Positions 50,558 through 61,860 are shown, counted from the stretch's first letter. The stretch is 64,000 nucleotides of DNA from an uncultured Gemmatimonadaceae bacterium (GCA_963822945.1 CAWGJO010000021.1:1-64000), one strand, 5' to 3'. Program-made: numbers and translations. Notes: generated by a model from the sequence alone, not told the origin.

Positions 50558-51304
50558 ATGAAGCGTTTCGTTCACACGGCGTGGGCGCTGGTCCTGGCGG
50601 GCGCCGCCCTGGCCCCGGCGACGACCCTGGCCCAGAGCGCCGCCAAGCCGGTGGTGGCCGTCTTCAACTTCGACAACAACTCGATCGGCAAGGATGCGGC
50701 GGAGTACGACGGCATCGGCAAGGGCGTCGCCGACTTCCTGATCACGGATCTGGCCGCGAATCCCAACGTGGTGGTCGTCGACCGCGACCGCATCCAGCAG
50801 GTGCTGCAGGAGCAGAACCTGGTGAAGCAGGGAGCCGTCGATCCGCAGACCGCGGTGCGCGTGGGTAAGCTGGTGGGCGCCCAGTACGCGATCCTCGGCG
50901 GATTCATGAGCGACGGTCGCGGGCACATGGTCCTCACCGGCCGGTCGGTGAACATGGAAACCGGCGTCGTCACCAATCCGCAGCGCGTCCAGGCCGAGAC
51001 CGACGACGTGCTCGGACTGATCGCGAAACTCTCCGACCGGATCGCCCACGACATGAAGCTGCCGGCCATCACCCACCAGCGGGACGTGGGGATGAAGGCG
51101 CCGGATAAGAAGACCCACGACGCCGAGTCCGCGCCGGTGAAGATGGACCTGCGCACGGCCATGCTGTACTCCAAAGCGCTGGACGCGCAGGACAACGGCA
51201 ACACGGCCAGGGCCACCGAACTCTACCGGCAGGTGCTGGACAAATTCCCCAAGTTCACGCCGGCCAAGACACGGTTGGACAAGCTGACCAGGACGGAGAA
51301 CTGA
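50558..51304 (+). CDS. CsgG/HfaB-like exported protein with C-terminal TPR
   Basis: Signal peptide, VAVFNF, VVDRDRIQQVLQEQ, GKLVGAQY. Confidence 0.8.
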   Translation: MKRFVHTAWALVLAGAALAPATTLAQSAAKPVVAVFNFDNNSIGKDAAEYDGIGKGVADFLITDLAANPNVVVVDRDRIQQVLQEQNLVKQGAVDPQTAVRVGKLVGAQYAILGGFMSDGRGHMVLTGRSVNMETGVVTNPQRVQAETDDVLGLIAKLSDRIAHDMKLPAITHQRDVGMKAPDKKTHDAESAPVKMDLRTAMLYSKALDAQDNGNTARATELYRQVLDKFPKFTPAKTRLDKLTRTEN

Positions 51305-51314
51305 TGCGCGAGGC

Positions 51315-51360
51315 GGCAGCGGGCAGTCGGCAGTCACTGTGCATCGCCGACTGCCGACTG
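51315..51360. repeat. Hairpin of GGCAGTC / GACTGCC heptamers between convergent genes
   Basis: Perfect 12-bp IR 51324-51335 / 51349-51360 built of 7-nt units. Confidence 0.7.
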
Positions 51361-51370
51361 AAAACCGACG

Positions 51371-52893
51371 CTATCCGTACCCTCCGCCTCCCGGCGTCTC
51401 CACCGTCACGACATCGCCGGCCTTGAGTTCGATCCGGCACTTGGCCGGGATCGTCTCTCCGTTGAGCGCATTGCGTCCGTGCTTGCCGTCGCCGCCGCCG
51501 GCGGCACCGTGCGGCGCCGTGCGCCGCCGCTCGGTGAGCAGCGTGACGGTGCACCGCTCCAGCGCCCGGTACCGACGCACCACGCCGTCGCCGCCGCGAT
51601 GCATGCCGACGCCGCCCGATCCGCGCCGCACCGCGTACTCCTCGATGCGCAGCGGATACGCCGTCTCCAGCGATTCGATGGGCGTGTTGAGCGTGTTGCT
51701 CATCCCCACGTGGACGGCGTCCGGGCCGTCGGCGCGTTCGCTGGCCCCCTGCCCGCCTCCCAGCGTCTCGTAAAAGGTCCACCCCGCGCCGCCGAAGGTG
51801 ATGTTGTTCATCGTGCCCTGCCCCTGCGCCGCCACCGGCACGCCGCCGTTGGCCAGCGCGAGCATCAGCGTGTCGGTAATGCGCTGCGACATCTCCACGT
51901 TGCCACCCGCCACGGCCGCCGGCCACCTGGCGTTCAGCGCGCAGTCGTCGGGCACCACGAGGTCGATGGCGCGCGCGATCCCCTCGTTGGTCGGCACGTC
52001 GTCGTCGAGCAGGGTGCGCAGCACGAACACCGCCGCCGCCCGCGTCACCGCGATCGGACAGTTCACATTGCCGCGTACCACGGTGAACTGCCGGTGAAAT
52101 CGAGCCGCAGCGTGTCGCCCACCGCCTGCGCGCGCACCACCACCGGCACGGCGTCGTCCGTCACGCCGTCCCCTTCCAGCGCGTCGCGGGCCGAGCTGTC
52201 GAGCGGCCCGAGCGCCGCGATGCGCGCCCGCGCCCGTCGCTCGGTGTAGTCGAGCACCGCGTCCACGGCCGCCGCCACCCGCGCCGCCCCCTCCCGCGCC
52301 AGCAGCGCCCGCCATCCGGCGGCGCCCGCGGCACACGCCGCCAGTTGCGCGCGCAGGTCGCCCCGCCGCTCGTCGGGCGTGCGCACGTTGGCGAGAATGA
52401 AGTTCAGGATCATCTCGTCCAACCGCCCGCCGGCCACCAGCCGCACCGGTGGGATGATCAGCCCTTCCTGCACCAGTTCCGTCGCGCCCTGCGGCATGCT
52501 GCCGGGACTCATGCCGCCCACGTCCGCGTGGTGCGCGCGCACGGCGGCAAAGCCCACGATGGCGCCGTCCTGCGCGATCGCCTCCACGAGCGTGAGATCC
52601 GGCAGGTGCGAGCCGCCGCGGTACGGATCGTTGAGGATGAACACGTCGCCCGGCGCCGGGGCGTGCGCCATCACCGCGCGCACCGATTCCGGCATCGCGC
52701 CCAGGTGCACCGGGATGTGCGCCGCCTGCGCCACCATCCGCCCGCGCGCGTCGAACAGCGCCGCCGAGGCGTCGCGCCGCTCGCGGATGTTCGGCGACAG
52801 GGCGCTGCGGACGAGCACCGTGCCCATCTCCTCGGCGATCATCGCGAACGCGTTCGCCATCACGCTCAACTCGAGCACGTCGAACTCGCTCAT
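51371..52893 (-). CDS. Hydantoinase B / 5-oxoprolinase subunit (frameshift near 52085)
   Basis: [42 protein letters not shown]. Confidence 0.92.
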
Positions 52894-54811
52894 GCGCCGC
52901 GCTCCAGCATCCAGCCGCCCATGGGCAGCGCCCGCGCCCGCCATCCGGCCGACACGAGCATCGTCGCGTCGGGCAACACCACCGAACACGGCTCGGCGAG
53001 CGCGGCATCGCACGCGCCGCCGGTATCGGTGAGCGATGCCGCGTCCCAGCCGGCCTCGCGGCCCCGCTCCAGTCGCACCGCGCGCGGCTCGTCGCTCACC
53101 ACGCACCGCGCGCTCACGATCTCCACGTCCACGGGCAGTTCGAAACCCACCCGCGACCGGTGCAGCTCCGCGAACCGAGCGCGGATTTCGGCCGGCGCGT
53201 CACCGGGTGACGCACTCACGTCCAGCTCGTGCCCCTGCCCCGCGAACCGGGCGCGCAGAAACCAGCTCCGCGTCCAGCCGGCCTCGCCTTCGCACCGTGC
53301 TTCGGCTTGGCGCATCGCCGCGCCAGCGCGTCAGCCGTGGTCTCGCCGGCACGCTGCATCACGCTCACCATGCCCTCGCGGCGCTCGGCGGTCATCGCCA
53401 GCCCGAGCGCGCTCAGCACGCCCGCGTGCGGCGGCACCAGCACGCGGGACATGCCCACGATCTCCGCCAGCCCGCAGGCGTGCAGCGGGCCCCCGCCGCC
53501 GAACGCCACCAGCGCGCACTGCCGCGGATCCACGCCGCGCTCCACGCTCACCCGCCGCAGCGCGCGCGCCATCGTCGCATCGGCCGTGGCCACGATCGCC
53601 CGCGCCGTATCCTCCGCGCTCCGTCCCAGCGTCCGGGCAATTGCTTCGATCCCGGCCCGCGCGCCCCGCACATCGAGCTGCACGCCGCCGCTCATCCGTT
53701 CGGCGCGGATGTTGCCGAGCATCACGTGCGCATCGGTGACCGTGGGCTGCGTGCCTCCGCGGCCGAAGGCGATCGGTCCCGGCACGGAACCGGCGCTTCG
53801 CGGGCCGACGCGCAGCGCCCCGCCGTCATCGATCCAGGCGATGCTGCCGCCACCGGCCGATACGGTCTCCACGAGCACGCGCGGCAACGCGATCGGCACG
53901 CCGGCCACCTCGCCCCCCGGTTCCACCAGCGGCTCGCCGTCCAGAATCAGCCCCACGTCGGCGCTCGTGCCCCCGATGTCGATGGTGAGCGCACGGTCGA
54001 GGCCGGCGGCGCGCAGCACGGCCGCCGCGCCCACCACGCCGCCGGCCGGTCCCGAGAGCGCGAGCTGCGCGGCACTCGATGACGCATCCTGCGCCGTGCG
54101 CATTCCGCCGCTCGACGTCATCACGCCGAGGGCCGGCAGCGACATGGCCCGCAGCCGCTCGGCCAGCCGGCGGACGTAGCGCGCCACTCCCGGCCGCAGG
54201 TACGCCTCGGCCACCGTGGTCGTGGTGCGTTCGTACTCCCGAATTTCCGGGAACACGTCCGACGAACACACGACGTCGACGTCCGGCATTCGATCGCGCA
54301 GGGCGGCGGCGAGCGCCTGCTCGTGCGATGGATCGCGGTATGCGTGCAGCAGCGCGACGGCGACGATGTCGGGCTCCAGCGCCCCCACGCGGTCGACGGC
54401 GGCGGTGATCGCCGGCGCGAGCAGCGGGCGGAGCACACCATCGGCGCCGATGCGCTCGTCCACCGGCACCACGTGCGCCGGGTGCACCAGCGGTTCCGGG
54501 TGATGCCGCGTCAGATCGTACAGCGACGCCCGCACCTGGCGGCGCAGCTCCAACAGATCGGTGAATCCGGCCGTGGCGCACAGCACCACGCGGGATCCGG
54601 CCCGCTCGAGCAGCATGTTGGTGGCCACCGTGGTGCCGTGCACCACGCGCGACACATCCCGGCGTCCGAGCGCGCGCAGCGACGCCTCGACGCCTTCGCT
54701 CTGGTCGGCGGGCGTGCTCAGCACCTTGCGCGTCTCCACGGTGCCGTCGGCGTCGATGGACACGAGATCCGTGAACGTCCCCCCGACGTCGATGCCGACC
54801 GAGGCGCTCAT
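52890..54811 (-). CDS. Hydantoinase A / 5-oxoprolinase subunit (frameshift near 53310)
   Basis: [46 protein letters not shown]. Confidence 0.92.
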
Positions 54812-56370
54812 GCGAGCCGCTTCCGCTCGGTACGCCGCGTCCACCACACGCTCCCCACCAGGGCTACGGTGGCCGCCAGCGAGAGCAGCCCCACGAAGTC
54901 GCCCCACGCGTCGTACGGTGTCCGGACGTCGCTGGTCTGCAGGGCGTACGACTCGGCGGCGGGCTCGAAGATCGGCGTGGCGGCCCGGATGCGGCCCAGC
55001 GGATCGATCCACCCCGATATCCCGGTGTTGGCCGAGCGGACGATGGCGGTACGGTTCTCGATGGCGCGCAGCACGAGATGCGAGAAGTGCTGGTAGGGCG
55101 CGTTGCTGTGCCCGAACCAGGCATCGTTGGTGATGTTGATCAGGAAGTCGGCCCCGTCATTGCGGTACTGGCGCGACTCGCCGGGAAAGATCGACTCGTA
55201 GCAGATGAGCACGCCGAACCGGCCGAACGGCACGTGGTACACCACCGGGCCGGCCCCGATGCCGAACGAGCCGGCCAGATACGGCCCCGCCCACCCGAAC
55301 CAACTGGGACTGAGAAACGGCACGCGCTCGACGAACGGCACCAGGTGCCGCTTGTGGTAGATCAGCTGCGACTGCCGGCCGTCGGCGCCCACCAGCATCG
55401 CCGCGTTGAACTGGTCGTACAGCGTCCGGGAGTGCCAGACCACGTCGATCATCCCGGTGAGCAGCGGCACGTCGGCGCCCATCGTCAGCGCGCGGAGGGA
55501 GTCCGACCACGCCGGATGCGCCGGCAGATAGTCGTTGAGCGCCGTTTCGGGCCAGACGATGAGCTGCGGGTGGTCCTTCGCCTCCGCTTCGTGCGTGCCG
55601 GCGGCCAGGACGTTGATGATCCGCGCGATGCTCGTGGAGTCCCACTTCTGATCCTCGGCGATGTTCGGCTGCACCACGCCCACGCTTCCCAACGCCCGGA
55701 GCCTGACCGTGTGCATCCGCCATTCGCCGTAGCCGGCCACGGCGCACACCATGGCGGCGATCGCGGCGCCGCGGTACAGGTTGGCGCGCCGATCGCGCCG
55801 CGACAGCCACATGTCGGCCACGAGGCCGTTGGTGAGCGCGATCCAGAAGCTCACCCCGTGCACGCCGCTGATGTCGGCGATCTGCGCCAGCACGGGTGTG
55901 TGCGTGACGCCGAGCCCCAGCGGCAGCCAGGGAAAAGCGAGGTCGGACAGGTGGTTCATGGCCACTTCCGACGCCACCCAGACTACCGGCAGCAGCACCG
56001 CCATCGGCCACCGCGTGCTCCGGCGCGCCACGTACAGCGCACCGCCCGTAGCCGCGGCCAGCGCGGTGATCACGAACAGCGCGCCGAGATACCCGAGGAT
56101 GGCGAGCTTGGTGAAGATCAGCAGGGCCGTCGCGATCCAGTAGATGCTGGTCCCGTAGGCGAAGATACCGAACCACATGCCCAGCCGGACCCCAGCCCAC
56201 GGATCGTCCCCGCGGTCGGCGGCGCGCGTGACGGCGACCGCGAAGGGCACCAGACAGACGAACACGGGCCCCACCAGCCGGAAGGGCGGGAAGGCATAGA
56301 AGAAGAACACGGCCGAGAGCAGCGTGGCGAGCAACTCGGCACGGGCCGGTCGGAAGAGGCGCGAGGTCAC
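54808..56370 (-). CDS. lnt: Apolipoprotein N-acyltransferase
   Basis: FPW, VQPNI, WPETA, YHKRHLVPFVE, ICYES, TNDAWF, RSANTGIS. Confidence 0.96.
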   Translation of the reverse strand: MTSRLFRPARAELLATLLSAVFFFYAFPPFRLVGPVFVCLVPFAVAVTRAADRGDDPWAGVRLGMWFGIFAYGTSIYWIATALLIFTKLAILGYLGALFVITALAAATGGALYVARRSTRWPMAVLLPVVWVASEVAMNHLSDLAFPWLPLGLGVTHTPVLAQIADISGVHGVSFWIALTNGLVADMWLSRRDRRANLYRGAAIAAMVCAVAGYGEWRMHTVRLRALGSVGVVQPNIAEDQKWDSTSIARIINVLAAGTHEAEAKDHPQLIVWPETALNDYLPAHPAWSDSLRALTMGADVPLLTGMIDVVWHSRTLYDQFNAAMLVGADGRQSQLIYHKRHLVPFVERVPFLSPSWFGWAGPYLAGSFGIGAGPVVYHVPFGRFGVLICYESIFPGESRQYRNDGADFLINITNDAWFGHSNAPYQHFSHLVLRAIENRTAIVRSANTGISGWIDPLGRIRAATPIFEPAAESYALQTSDVRTPYDAWGDFVGLLSLAATVALVGSVWWTRRTERKRLA

Positions 56371-57389
56371 AGGAGAATCTCGCGCCCCTCGTCGGCCGAG
56401 CGATAGATGGCCTCGACGATGCGATGCAGCGTGACCTGGTCCGTCGGCGGCTCGTATTCCGCCTGCCCGCGCACGACGGCCACGAAGTGCGCCAGTTCGG
56501 CCCGGTACGACTGGATGAACGCACTGTCGCGGCTGGCGGCGCCCGTGGGCGTGACGTCGGCCGGCCGCCCGTTGATCTCCTTGACCACGCGCAGCGGCGC
56601 CAGTCGCGCGCTGCCGTGCTCTGCGAGCACCTCGAACCACCAGCGTTCTTCCTGCCCCACGTACGCGCCGGAAACGTCGAACGACAACACCATCCCGTTC
56701 TCACACGCGAGTTCCACGAGCATGGCCGACTCCACGGCACCGGCAGCGGACGGACGGATGATGTGCGCCGACACCCGGCGCGGCTCGGGAAAGTCGGCCA
56801 GCCAGCAGGCGAGATCGAGCAACGGGATCCCGTAGTCGAAGAACGCCCCCCCGCCCGATTCGGCGCGGCGCATCCGCCAGCCGGCGTCGGGCCTCGCGAA
56901 GTGGTACGCTCCGGCCCGGACACCCGTGACGCGTCCCAATTCGGCCCCGCGCAGAAACCGATCCAGCGCCTGCACGTCGGTGCGGAAGCGATGATTGTTG
57001 GCCACCACCATGCATCGCTCGGCCCGGACCGCGGCCTGCAACAGGCGTTCGATCCCGCGCGACGAGAGCGCCAGCGGGCGCTCGCACAGCACGTGCTTGT
57101 GCGCCGCCAGGGCGCTCAATACGTGCGGTTCGTGCAGGTGATTCGGCGTGGCCACGATCACGGCCTCGATGACATCGAGTTCGAGCAGGTCCTCGATGTC
57201 GGTCACGACGTCGGGCACGTCCAATCGCTCCGCGATGGCCTGCGCCTTGGCGCGGTCGTTGTCGCAGATGGCCACCAGCCGGGCGCCCCGCATCTTGCCG
57301 AGCACCGGCAGGTGTGCCAGTTGGGCGATCGCGCCGGCCCCTATGAGCCCGATCCGAACGGGCTCGATCGTTTCCCCCGCTTCTGCCAT
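56367..57389 (-). CDS. Gfo/Idh/MocA family oxidoreductase
   Basis: IGLIGAGAIA, ATPNHLH, HVLCERP. Confidence 0.9.
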   Translation of the reverse strand: MAEAGETIEPVRIGLIGAGAIAQLAHLPVLGKMRGARLVAICDNDRAKAQAIAERLDVPDVVTDIEDLLELDVIEAVIVATPNHLHEPHVLSALAAHKHVLCERPLALSSRGIERLLQAAVRAERCMVVANNHRFRTDVQALDRFLRGAELGRVTGVRAGAYHFARPDAGWRMRRAESGGGAFFDYGIPLLDLACWLADFPEPRRVSAHIIRPSAAGAVESAMLVELACENGMVLSFDVSGAYVGQEERWWFEVLAEHGSARLAPLRVVKEINGRPADVTPTGAASRDSAFIQSYRAELAHFVAVVRGQAEYEPPTDQVTLHRIVEAIYRSADEGREILL

Positions 57390-57400
57390 CGTCGTCGTTC

Positions 57401-58720
57401 CTATTCCACTATGCCAAGAGTCGCGCCCGGATAGTACGTGCGCAGAATGGTGCGGAAATCCTGCCCGGCCCGCGCGCGGCCGATCGCACCCCACTGACAC
57501 ATCCCCACGCCATGCCCGTACCCGCGCCCATCGAGCACCACCTGCGTGAGCGCGCCCTGCTTGTTCCGTTCCGTGCGGAGCGAGAAGTACGTACTCGAGA
57601 GAATGGCCCCCCCGTACTTGCGGAGGACGTACCGCATGTCGTCGCCCCGCAGCGTGTACGAGCCCTGCGTCGTCTTCACGTTCAGCGTGGCCACCCGGCC
57701 CGACGCCGTGTGTCCGGTGACCGAGAGCCCACGCACGAGCCCCGGATCACCGCCCGGCACCGAGGCGTAGCGCGCCAGATAGCGTGCCACCGAGCGGTTC
57801 AGCTCCGACGCCGAGAGCGTGCGCGTCCATTTGAAGTGCGGCGAGATGTCACAGTAGTAACGGTCCGTACCCGGAATCCGGTCACTCACCGAGCGCAGAT
57901 AGGGCACGGGCGGGCTGTGCCACACCTCCTCGGCGCCGGCGGTCCTCCCGCCACAGGTAGAGTGGTAGGGCGCGTTCACCACGCGTCCGCCGAACGTCAC
58001 CACGATGCCCGCGGTTGCCGCGACGGCCGCGTTCCCCACCGCCGTCTCGGCGTTCACGCCACCATAGGCCTGGTCCGTCACCCCCGCCGTGACGTCGTAC
58101 GACTGGTCGGCGGCGTCGGTCAGGTGCGTGTACGCGTAGCTCCGCGCGCTCACCGCCTGCGCCTGGATGGCCGCCGAGTCTCCCGGGTTCCGGTCGCCGA
58201 TCTCGAGCGGCACGACGCCCCGCAGGTACGTCTCCACCGGAACGCGCTCGATGACCTCCAGCCCGTAGTCGGTGCCCACCAACCGGAGTTCGCCCACGTA
58301 CCGCTTGCCGTTGACGATCATCAGCGCCGCCGGATCGTCCGCCCGGGCCACCATCGCGCGCGGTTCCCAGGCGGTGGGCGTGCCGTGGCTGCCGACCGCC
58401 CGGACGTCCGTGCCGTTGTGCTCCACGCGCCAACTCTCGTCCGGCGCGCCGCGCGCCACGAACGACTGGCCGTCGGCCTGGTACAGACGCCAGGTCCCGG
58501 TGGCCGAGATCCGCGCCGACGTCGCGTTGGTGAGCAGCGCCACGCGAATGGTGTGCGCGCTGGACGGCAGCGGATCGGGCACGCGCGGAAGACCCGCGCT
58601 CAGCCGCCCCGCCGTGGCGGGCGACGACGGACTGGATGTGGAGTCGGGGAAGCGGCCGTGAATGACTGTCGAACAGGCAACGAGGGCGCCGAGGACGATG
58701 GTGCCCGCCCGCTTATCCAC
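57401..58720 (-). CDS. SpoIID/LytB domain lipoprotein
   Basis: Lipobox LVAC, ETYLRGVVPLE, AQAVSARSYA, YHSTCGG, GYGHGVGMCQWGA, ILRTYYPG. Confidence 0.92.
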   Translation of the reverse strand: MDKRAGTIVLGALVACSTVIHGRFPDSTSSPSSPATAGRLSAGLPRVPDPLPSSAHTIRVALLTNATSARISATGTWRLYQADGQSFVARGAPDESWRVEHNGTDVRAVGSHGTPTAWEPRAMVARADDPAALMIVNGKRYVGELRLVGTDYGLEVIERVPVETYLRGVVPLEIGDRNPGDSAAIQAQAVSARSYAYTHLTDAADQSYDVTAGVTDQAYGGVNAETAVGNAAVAATAGIVVTFGGRVVNAPYHSTCGGRTAGAEEVWHSPPVPYLRSVSDRIPGTDRYYCDISPHFKWTRTLSASELNRSVARYLARYASVPGGDPGLVRGLSVTGHTASGRVATLNVKTTQGSYTLRGDDMRYVLRKYGGAILSSTYFSLRTERNKQGALTQVVLDGRGYGHGVGMCQWGAIGRARAGQDFRTILRTYYPGATLGIVE

Positions 58721-60002
58721 GCGCGGCCCCCAGCGCGGCATCCATTCGCTCCAGCGCGGCGGCGATGTCGACGTCAGCGTGGGCCGCCGACATGAAGCCC
58801 GCCTCGAACGGCGACGGCGCCAGATAAACGCCCCGGGCGAGTACCTCGTGGAAGAACCGCTTGAACAGGTCCGTATCCGACGTCCGTGCGTCGGCGAAGT
58901 TGCGCACGGGCTCGGCGCGGAAGAAGAACCCCCACATCGAGCCGGCATGGTCGGCGGTGAATGGCACGTCCCGGCGGGCGGCGATCTCGCGCATTCCCTG
59001 CACCAGGCGCGCCGTACGCCGCTCGATGCGCGCGTGCAGTTCCGGCGTGAGCATGGTGATGGTGGCATGCCCGGCCGCCATGGCCAACGGATTTCCGGAG
59101 AGCGTGCCCGCCTGATAGACCGGCCCGGCCGGCGCCACTTCGTCCATGAGGTCGGCCCGGCCCCCGTACGCGGCCACCGGCAGGCCCCCGCCGATCACCT
59201 TGCCGAGGGTCGTGAGGTCGGGCCGCACGCCGAACCGTTCCGGCGCGCCGCCGGGTGCGATCCGGAACCCCGTCATCACTTCGTCGAAGATGAGCAGGGC
59301 GCCGTGCGCATCGGCCAGCCGCCGCAACGCCGGCAGGAATCCCGGGTCGGGCGGAATGAACCCGGCATTCCCCACTACCGGCTCGACGATGATGGCGGCG
59401 ATGCGTGGCCCCTGCTCCGCCATCAACTGCTCGACGGCCGCCACGTCGTTGTAGGGCGCCACGAGGGTGAGTTCGGCCAGCGCCGCGGGAACTCCGGGCG
59501 AGTTCGGCAGGCCGAGCGTGGCCACCCCCGACCCCGCGCGGACGAGAAAGGAGTCGGCATGGCCGTGGTAGCAGCCGTCGAACTTGAGGATCCCGTCGCG
59601 CCTGGTATGGGCGCGGGCCACGCGCACCGCGCTCATCGTGGCCTCCGTGCCGCTGGACACGAAGCGGAGCCGCTCCATGTGCGGCAACCGATCACGGATC
59701 AGTTCGCCGAGCCGGAGCTCGAGTTCGGTGGGCATGCCGAAGCTGGTGCCGGCCGCCATCGCCTGCTCGAGCGCATCGAGCACCGCCGGCGGCGCATGGC
59801 CGAGCACGAGGGGGCCCCACGACAGCACGAAGTCGATGTACTCGTTCCCATCGACGTCGAACAGCCGGCTGCCCGCGCCGCGCGCGGCCACCACCGGCGT
59901 GCCGCCCACCCCGCCAAAGGCCCGCACCGGTGAATTCACGCCTCCCGGGAACACCTCCCGCGACCGGCGCATGATCTCCGCAGACTTGCTGTTGCCTGTC
60001 AT
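58713..60002 (-). CDS. hemL: Glutamate-1-semialdehyde 2,1-aminomutase
   Basis: PGGVNSPVRAF, SGTEATMSA, FDEVMTGFR, GKVIGGGLP, YQAGTLSGNP. Confidence 0.98.
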   Translation of the reverse strand: MTGNSKSAEIMRRSREVFPGGVNSPVRAFGGVGGTPVVAARGAGSRLFDVDGNEYIDFVLSWGPLVLGHAPPAVLDALEQAMAAGTSFGMPTELELRLGELIRDRLPHMERLRFVSSGTEATMSAVRVARAHTRRDGILKFDGCYHGHADSFLVRAGSGVATLGLPNSPGVPAALAELTLVAPYNDVAAVEQLMAEQGPRIAAIIVEPVVGNAGFIPPDPGFLPALRRLADAHGALLIFDEVMTGFRIAPGGAPERFGVRPDLTTLGKVIGGGLPVAAYGGRADLMDEVAPAGPVYQAGTLSGNPLAMAAGHATITMLTPELHARIERRTARLVQGMREIAARRDVPFTADHAGSMWGFFFRAEPVRNFADARTSDTDLFKRFFHEVLARGVYLAPSPFEAGFMSAAHADVDIAAALERMDAALGAARG

Positions 60003-61378
60003 CGTCCGAAGCTCCCCATCGACGCTACCGCCGCCAGCGGCAACGGCCGTCTTCGCGTGGCTGGCGGTGCCGCGGACACCACGCCCGTGACCGCCGCCCG
60101 AAAATCGTACTCGTCCACATCGCGAATCTGCACGTCCAACAGCGCGCCCGGCGGCGCCGCGTCGGCATCCAGCCAGGTCACGCCGTCGATGTCGTCCGCC
60201 TGCCACACGGTGCGGGCCTGCACCGTGCCGTCGTCGTTCACGCGGTCCACCATGGCGCGCACCGTGCGGCCGACGCGCGCCTCGTATCGGTCGGCCGTGA
60301 TCAGGCGCTGCAGTTCGTTCAGCCGTTCCAGCCGTTCCTGCTTGAGCGACTCCGGCACGTCGTCGTCCATCTGCGCGGCGCGCGTGCCCTCCTGCGCCGA
60401 GTACGTGAACGCGCCCACGCGGTCGAACTGCACCTCTTCCAGCAGCCCCAGCAGCGCGCCGAAATCGTCGTCCGTCTCGCCCGGGAAGCCCACGATGCAG
60501 GTGGTGCGGATGGCCACGTCGGGTACCACGTCGCGGATCCGGGCCACCCGGTCACGGATGGTCGCGTTGCGTTCGGGCCGCCGCATGCGGGACAGCACCG
60601 CGTCGGAACCGTGCTGGATGGGCATGTCCACGTACGGGAGCAGCCGCGGCTCGCGCGCCATCAGGTCGAGCACGCCGGGCGTGAGCCCCGCCGAGTAGAC
60701 GTAGAGCATCCGGATCCAGGGCAGACTGGTCTCGGCCACGAGGGACCGGAGCAGGCGCTCCAGCCCGATGCCGTCGCGCCGGTCGCGGCCGTAGTGGGCC
60801 AGGTCCTGCGCCACGAGGTTGACCTCGCGCGCCCCCTGCGCCTCCAGCAGCTGGGCTTCGCGCACCACGTCGTCGAGCGCGAAGGAGCGGTGCCGGCCGC
60901 GCATGAGCGGAATGGCGCAGAACGCGCACCCGTGGTCGCACCCCTCGCTGATCTTCAGATAGCGCACGTGCGCGAGTTCGCCGGTGAACAGGCGCACGCC
61001 GGGGTGCGCCTGCGGCACGTCGTCGATGAGCCCGCGGGCTTCCAGTTCGGGGATCAGGCGGTCCATGTCCGCCGCGCCGAGAAAGAAATCGACCTCGGGC
61101 AGTTCGGCTTCGAGCTCCGCCTTGTGCCGCTGCACCATGCATCCCACAGCGACCACGGCGCGGGCATTGCCCTGCGTCTTGAGGCGTCCGGCCTCGACGA
61201 TGGCGTCGATCGACTCCTTCTTGGCGGCGTCGATGAAACCGCAGGTGTTGATGACGATGACGTCGGCCTGCGCGGCGTCGGCGGCGAACTCAGCCCCCCG
61301 GTCGGCGAGCTGTGCCAGATAGCGTTCGGAGTCGACGGTGTTCTTGTCGCAGCCGAGGGTGATGAAGGAGACTTTCAC
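59999..61378 (-). CDS. rimO: Ribosomal protein S12 methylthiotransferase
   Basis: LGCDKNTVDSE, NTCGFI, KISEGCDHGCAFC, IDG in the TRAM domain. Confidence 0.96.
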   Translation of the reverse strand: MKVSFITLGCDKNTVDSERYLAQLADRGAEFAADAAQADVIVINTCGFIDAAKKESIDAIVEAGRLKTQGNARAVVAVGCMVQRHKAELEAELPEVDFFLGAADMDRLIPELEARGLIDDVPQAHPGVRLFTGELAHVRYLKISEGCDHGCAFCAIPLMRGRHRSFALDDVVREAQLLEAQGAREVNLVAQDLAHYGRDRRDGIGLERLLRSLVAETSLPWIRMLYVYSAGLTPGVLDLMAREPRLLPYVDMPIQHGSDAVLSRMRRPERNATIRDRVARIRDVVPDVAIRTTCIVGFPGETDDDFGALLGLLEEVQFDRVGAFTYSAQEGTRAAQMDDDVPESLKQERLERLNELQRLITADRYEARVGRTVRAMVDRVNDDGTVQARTVWQADDIDGVTWLDADAAPPGALLDVQIRDVDEYDFRAAVTGVVSAAPPATRRRPLPLAAVASMGSFGR

Positions 61379-61408
61379 CCTGGAAAAGTAGCGTGGGCTG
61401 GACGGGGG

Positions 61409-61482
61409 GGGCAGTCAGGCAGTCGGACAGTCGGACAGTCGGACAGTCGGACAGTGGCGGACAGTGGGACAGTCGGACGGCG
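61409..61482. repeat. About nine degenerate GGACAGTC octamers directly downstream of the four-helix-bundle gene
   Basis: Read directly; ends 3 nt from the stop codon at 61486. Confidence 0.9.
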
Positions 61483-61485
61483 AAG

Positions 61486-61860
61486 CTACGTATTCCCTTG
61501 GCGGCTTGCCTGACGCAGGTGGACGATCAACCGAGAGAGCATTCGCTTCAGTTCAGCCGTTGCCTCACGCACTTCCATAAGGCCGACCGGATCTCCCATG
61601 CCGAGCCGGGCGGCGACGCGGAGTTGGAATTCCAGCTCGCTGGCCGATCCGAGAGAGTATTGCAGGAATTGGGCGATCTCGAGGTCCCCCGAACGACCGC
61701 ACCCCTCGGCGATATTCGAGCCCACCGAGGTGGCCGCCCGCCGCACCTGAGAGGTGAGCCCGTATCGCTCTTCCCGGGGAAACTCGCGCGTGGCCCGATA
61801 CACGAGCACCGCCAGTTCCTCCGCCTTTCGTGTGACTTTGAGATTGTCGGCCGCCTGCAT
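61486..61860 (-). CDS. Four-helix-bundle protein (TIGR02436 / 23S_rRNA_IVP family)
   Basis: FPREERYGLTSQVRRAATSVGSNIAEGCGR, GSASELEFQL. Confidence 0.95.
   Translation of the reverse strand: MQAADNLKVTRKAEELAVLVYRATREFPREERYGLTSQVRRAATSVGSNIAEGCGRSGDLEIAQFLQYSLGSASELEFQLRVAARLGMGDPVGLMEVREATAELKRMLSRLIVHLRQASRQGNT

Noticed and set aside
23541..61860. Diversity-generating retroelement, suggested by the Avd-like genes
   Set aside because: No reverse transcriptase and no TR/VR pair with adenine-specific differences seen in the window.
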